Positions 60,324 through 64,000 of a stretch of DNA of 64,000 bases are shown one piece after another. The notes beneath the pieces are model-generated. The model did no database searches. It worked only from the letters and a program-made list of their open reading frames with translations, and had not been told where the DNA came from. Each line of letters opens with the position of its first letter. The stretch's first letter is position 1. Both the position numbers and the translations under genes were made by a program. The stretch comes from Dehalococcoidia bacterium (GTDB lineage Bacteria > Chloroflexota > Dehalococcoidia > Plut-88900), in assembly GCA_965197645.1 (NCBI GenBank), contig OZ240219.1, positions 2,752,001-2,816,000 of the forward strand, given 5' to 3'.

Positions 60324-61916
60324 ATGTTTGACGCACAAAACATCAAGCCAGCACTAACTCGAAGCTCCGACCAATTTCAGGAGCTATTTTGGACCCTCAA
60401 ACGGCCTGAAGACATAGCTGACATGCTCGAAGTCTCCTATCGTGATCTCAACTATTGGATCTATCGCACCCCTGAACCGAGACGATACAGTGCATTTCTT
60501 GTTCCCAAAAAGAGTGGAGGGTCGCGCAGGATTGATATACCCAACACCAATATCAAGATATTGCAAAAGAAATTGAACCAGGTGTTGCGGTCAGTCTATC
60601 GTACCAAGCCGAGTGTGCATGGATTCGTAGTGGGGAAGAGCGTACGGTCTAACGCCCAGCAACATGTAGGGAAGCGTTGGGTATTCAATATCGATCTTCA
60701 AGACTTCTTCCCCTCGATCAACTTCGGACGAGTACGGGGCATGTTCATGGGTAAGCCGTACCACCTGCCCGAGAAAGTGGCAACCGTATTAGCCCATCTT
60801 TGTTGCTTCCAGGGCCATCTTCCGCAAGGTGCTCCCACGTCTCCGGTCATCAGCAACATGATCTGTGCCCAGATGGATAGCCAGTTGCAGCAACTAGCTC
60901 AGAGGAATGGCTCAATTTACACTCGATACGCCGATGACATAACGTTCTCTACTAATTGGAACAGGGTTCCGCTGGAGATATCCGCCACCAACAGCGTAAA
61001 TCAGATAATCCCAGGAGATAAACTCCGCCAGACAGTCGAGCAAAACGGTTTTTCAATAAACAGCAGGAAGGTGTGGTTGCGCGGCCGACACCGTCGGCAA
61101 GTAGTGACAGGTGTTACGGTCAACGATTACCCGAATTTGCCGCGGAAATTCACGAATCAGATACGGGCGATGTTATACGCATGGAGGGAACATGGGCTAT
61201 GTGCGGCCCAAGAACATTGGGCGAAAAAGCACTCTACCAAGCATCGAGTTTCTTGGCGAACCTATCATCAATTCAAGCGAGCTCTAAAGGGTAAGATTGA
61301 GTATTTGGGGATGATAAAGGGTCAAGATTCCCACACCTATCTTAAGTTTCTTGACCAATTGGGTGACTTGGACATCACCCTTACTCACGGAAAAGGAACA
61401 CCGTTACGGCAGCTCCTTCGACGTTATGACCAGTTATCGATTGAGAATGAATTGATTAGCCACCAGGCCCGAGGCTATTGTCTTGAAGAGATTATGAATG
61501 GTTTGTTTGAGCTGTCCGGGATTCTGGTTAAGGCCAGCTTCACCAGGAACGCAGGCGGTGAACAGATCGATGGGGCATTCGAGTTCGGAGGCTGGTACTA
61601 CTTGGTCGAGTGCCGATGGCGGTCCAAGAAAGCAAGTAAGAGTGATGTAGACGGGCTACGGGGCAAGTTAGATCTGTCCGGCGCTCAGACAATGGGTTTG
61701 TTCATTTCGGTAAACGGATGGTCTCAACATGTCGTGAATCTGCTCAAACAGACTCCAGATAAGAAAGTGTTGTTAATGAACGGGGACGATATTCGTGCGG
61801 TGTTAAAGAAAGACATTTCTTTTGGTTCCCTGCTTCAGGCTAAAGTCGAAGCACTGAATCTTCAATCCGAGCCCTTTGTTGGTGTCGCCGACATCCTCTC
61901 GAAGGAGTCTCTTTAG
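60324..61916 (+). CDS. Retron reverse transcriptase fused to a C-terminal Mrr-like PD-(D/E)XK endonuclease domain
   Basis: PKKSGG.R.I, NAQQH (region X), DLQDFFPSI, LPQGAPTSP, YADD (aa 202-205), VTG (aa 261-263); C-terminal RGYCLEE...EQIDG...LVECRW...GLFISVNGW. Confidence 0.92.
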   Translation: MFDAQNIKPALTRSSDQFQELFWTLKRPEDIADMLEVSYRDLNYWIYRTPEPRRYSAFLVPKKSGGSRRIDIPNTNIKILQKKLNQVLRSVYRTKPSVHGFVVGKSVRSNAQQHVGKRWVFNIDLQDFFPSINFGRVRGMFMGKPYHLPEKVATVLAHLCCFQGHLPQGAPTSPVISNMICAQMDSQLQQLAQRNGSIYTRYADDITFSTNWNRVPLEISATNSVNQIIPGDKLRQTVEQNGFSINSRKVWLRGRHRRQVVTGVTVNDYPNLPRKFTNQIRAMLYAWREHGLCAAQEHWAKKHSTKHRVSWRTYHQFKRALKGKIEYLGMIKGQDSHTYLKFLDQLGDLDITLTHGKGTPLRQLLRRYDQLSIENELISHQARGYCLEEIMNGLFELSGILVKASFTRNAGGEQIDGAFEFGGWYYLVECRWRSKKASKSDVDGLRGKLDLSGAQTMGLFISVNGWSQHVVNLLKQTPDKKVLLMNGDDIRAVLKKDISFGSLLQAKVEALNLQSEPFVGVADILSKESL

Positions 61917-62079
61917 TAGGCTCTAAACATTGGCCAACTTTTCAAATTTGTGACATTGTTCGCCCACGTTGACGCAGATTGCTCAATTCGATTACCGACC
62001 ACAACCCACCGGAACCGGGGGACTTGTTATGAGCGCTAACGCATCTCAGCCGAGCCCTCACTAGGCTAGCTCACCCAAG

Positions 62080-63474
62080 CTAGGCCGTATAGCGGTACCC
62101 GGTCTTTTCCTGCTTGCTCTTGTTGAGACTCCGGTTCAGATGGAGCCCCTCCAGAACAAACTCGATGGCCGAGGCCGCCGATGCAGATTCCTTATCGCAT
62201 CCCAGGCGCTTCACCGCCTCGTCGACTCCATCCAGGGATCTGAGCGATCGAGCGAAGGACCGGGACGCCTTGAATTCCGAGGTCTCAAAGGTAAATCCGG
62301 TCTCGAATTTTTGGACCACCTCAGCGAAGTCCTCTTTGGCGAAGTACCTGTTGAAGACGTTGGCCGCGGCCCTCTTGATCAGCTCCTCCAGAATCTGCTC
62401 GGCCCGCTCCTCTTCCACCGTCTCCAGCTCCAGTTTCCCGATGGTCGAGGACGCAATGTAGGGCAGATCGGACATCCTGGGCGCCACGACCCTCTCCTTG
62501 TTTCTGATGGAGCGGCGCACTGCGTTTCCCACTATGCTTTCGTAGTTGGCCGTAGAGATCCGAACGCTGACCCCCGAGCGCTGGTTGATATCGGGGCTGT
62601 TCCGGGCCAGGTTTGTGATCTCGGCGATGATCTCCTTCATGAACTGGGGGATCACAGTGGTGCGCCCATCGTCGAACTTCGTGCGCTCCATGTCCATGAT
62701 CTCTATCTCGACGTCCGGGCTCAGGGGGTAGTGGGTCCTGATCTGCGCTCCGTACCTGTCCTTCAGGGGAGTGATGATCCGGCCCCGGTTGGTATAGTCT
62801 TCCGGGTTGGCGCTGGAGACGACGTATACATCGAGGGGCAGCCTCACCCGGTATCCCTTGATCTGTATGTCCCGCTCCTCCATCAGGTTGAACAGGCCCA
62901 CCTGGATACGCTCGGCCAGGTCCGGCAGCTCGTTAATGCAGAATATCCCGCGGTTGGTCCTGGGGATCAGGCCGAAGTGGATCGTCAGCTCATCGGAGAG
63001 GTACCTTCCCTCCGCCACTTTAATGGGGTCGATCTCGCCGATCAGGTCGGCGACGGTGATGTCCGGAGTTGCCAGCTTCTCGCCGTACCGTTCGTCGCGC
63101 GGAAGCCAGTCTATCTCCGTCTCGTCGCCCTGCTGCTCGACCTTGTCGATACACGGCCTGCATATGGGAGCGAAGGGATTGTCGCTTATCTCGCAACCCT
63201 TGATAACGGGGACCTCCTCATCGAGAAGGCCCACCAGCGCCCGGATAATCCGGCTCTTGGCCTGGCCCCGTTCCCCCAGTAAGATTATGTCCTGGCCGGC
63301 CAGGATGGCATTCTCTATCAACGGGATGACGGTCTCATCGTATCCCATGATCCCGGGAAAGACCGGCTCATCGTTTTCCAATCTGGTGATGAGGTTCTTC
63401 CTCAGCTCCTCGCGCACCGTCAGGACCGGATACGACTCCTTTTTCAGATCACCGATGGTCTTCATCTTCGCCAT
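62080..63474 (-). CDS. Magnesium chelatase-like AAA+ ATPase
   Basis: GERGQAKS Walker A, INELPDL, SANPEDYTNRGRIITPLKDR. Confidence 0.9.
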   Translation of the reverse strand: MAKMKTIGDLKKESYPVLTVREELRKNLITRLENDEPVFPGIMGYDETVIPLIENAILAGQDIILLGERGQAKSRIIRALVGLLDEEVPVIKGCEISDNPFAPICRPCIDKVEQQGDETEIDWLPRDERYGEKLATPDITVADLIGEIDPIKVAEGRYLSDELTIHFGLIPRTNRGIFCINELPDLAERIQVGLFNLMEERDIQIKGYRVRLPLDVYVVSSANPEDYTNRGRIITPLKDRYGAQIRTHYPLSPDVEIEIMDMERTKFDDGRTTVIPQFMKEIIAEITNLARNSPDINQRSGVSVRISTANYESIVGNAVRRSIRNKERVVAPRMSDLPYIASSTIGKLELETVEEERAEQILEELIKRAAANVFNRYFAKEDFAEVVQKFETGFTFETSEFKASRSFARSLRSLDGVDEAVKRLGCDKESASAASAIEFVLEGLHLNRSLNKSKQEKTGYRYTA

Positions 63475-63655
63475 TGCCGACTCCTCAGCTTGTAGAAAGC
63501 TAATCGGGGCTTTGAATTAGTTAACGAATGGGGGAGGATTTCGGGCGCTTCCGAACTTGTCCGATGCCCGGCGTCCACGTCCCATGTTCCCAAAAACCCG
63601 ACTTGCCTGTCAAGGAGAATGGCCCGCTCAACCCCAGGTTGGTTTTCCCTCCCGA

Positions 63656-63679
63656 CCACCCCGGATTGCATCCGTAGGC
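63656..63679. repeat. 24-bp REP-like sequence, copy 2
   Basis: Identical to 60083-60106. Confidence 0.8.
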
Positions 63680-63793
63680 TCTCCGTCCCCGCGGGTTCGT
63701 TTTGTACCATGGACTCCAGTATCGGGGCGGCGCCAGGCCGGAGATGAGCTCGCTTGCGCTCTCCTCCAATATGCGGTTAGTCTAGCTTCTATC

Positions 63794-64000
63794 ATGGCTG
63801 AATCGCAGCCACTCACAGTTCGCCTGACCGATATCGGCCCCGGTGGCGCCGCCCTGGGACGGAAAGATGGCCGGGTCGTCTTGGCGCCTTACGGCATACC
63901 CGGCGAGACCGTGTGCCTCAAGATTACCCGGTCCAAGGGAGACCGCCTCGAAGGCACAGTAACCCAGGTCCTCCAGCCGTCTCCTCACCGCATCTCCCCA
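63794..64000 (+). CDS. rlmD: TRAM-domain RNA (uracil-5-)-methyltransferase RlmD family, N-terminal part
   Basis: Manual translation MAESQPLTVRLTDIGPGGAALGRKDGRVVLAPYGIPGETV...VLQPSPHRISP; open to the window edge. Confidence 0.72.
   Translation, partial: MAESQPLTVRLTDIGPGGAALGRKDGRVVLAPYGIPGETVCLKITRSKGDRLEGTVTQVLQPSPHRISP

Noticed and set aside
60324-61916. Group II intron, DGR or CRISPR-associated RT
   Set aside because: It has retron-specific NAxxH and VTG motifs and an a1/a2-bounded ncRNA; no intron domain V, TR/VR repeat pair, cas genes or array are seen.

Overview
GC-rich chromosomal window that looks like Chloroflexota (Dehalococcoidia/SAR202-like, inferred from the large Alu-domain SRP RNA, LLM/F420 oxidoreductases and gene content). 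It holds housekeeping genes (ispE, rsmA, ffs, ispD, ispF, cysS, secG, gatB, pcm, larB, tRNA-Arg(UCU), tldD/pmbA, ilvD, rlmD fragment) and many catabolic enzymes. Main result: an AT-richer insert at about 60050-62070 carries a complete single-gene retron. Its ncRNA is bounded by a perfect 14-bp a1/a2 inverted repeat with a candidate branching G, and its reverse transcriptase (NAxxH, YADD, VTG) is fused to a C-terminal Mrr-like PD-(D/E)XK nuclease domain. The insert is flanked by short direct repeats. Second result: four genes split in the ORF track are probably UGA-readthrough selenoproteins with downstream SECIS-like hairpins. They are a UGSC protein, two GrdB/PrdB-like proteins (one with an unusual UxxD motif) and a thioredoxin-NHL protein. 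Also present are a three-copy MITE-like repeat, a 55-bp tandem duplication after the tRNA, and a DUF6884/nuclease relic. Family assignments come from motif recognition by eye; no database searches were run.
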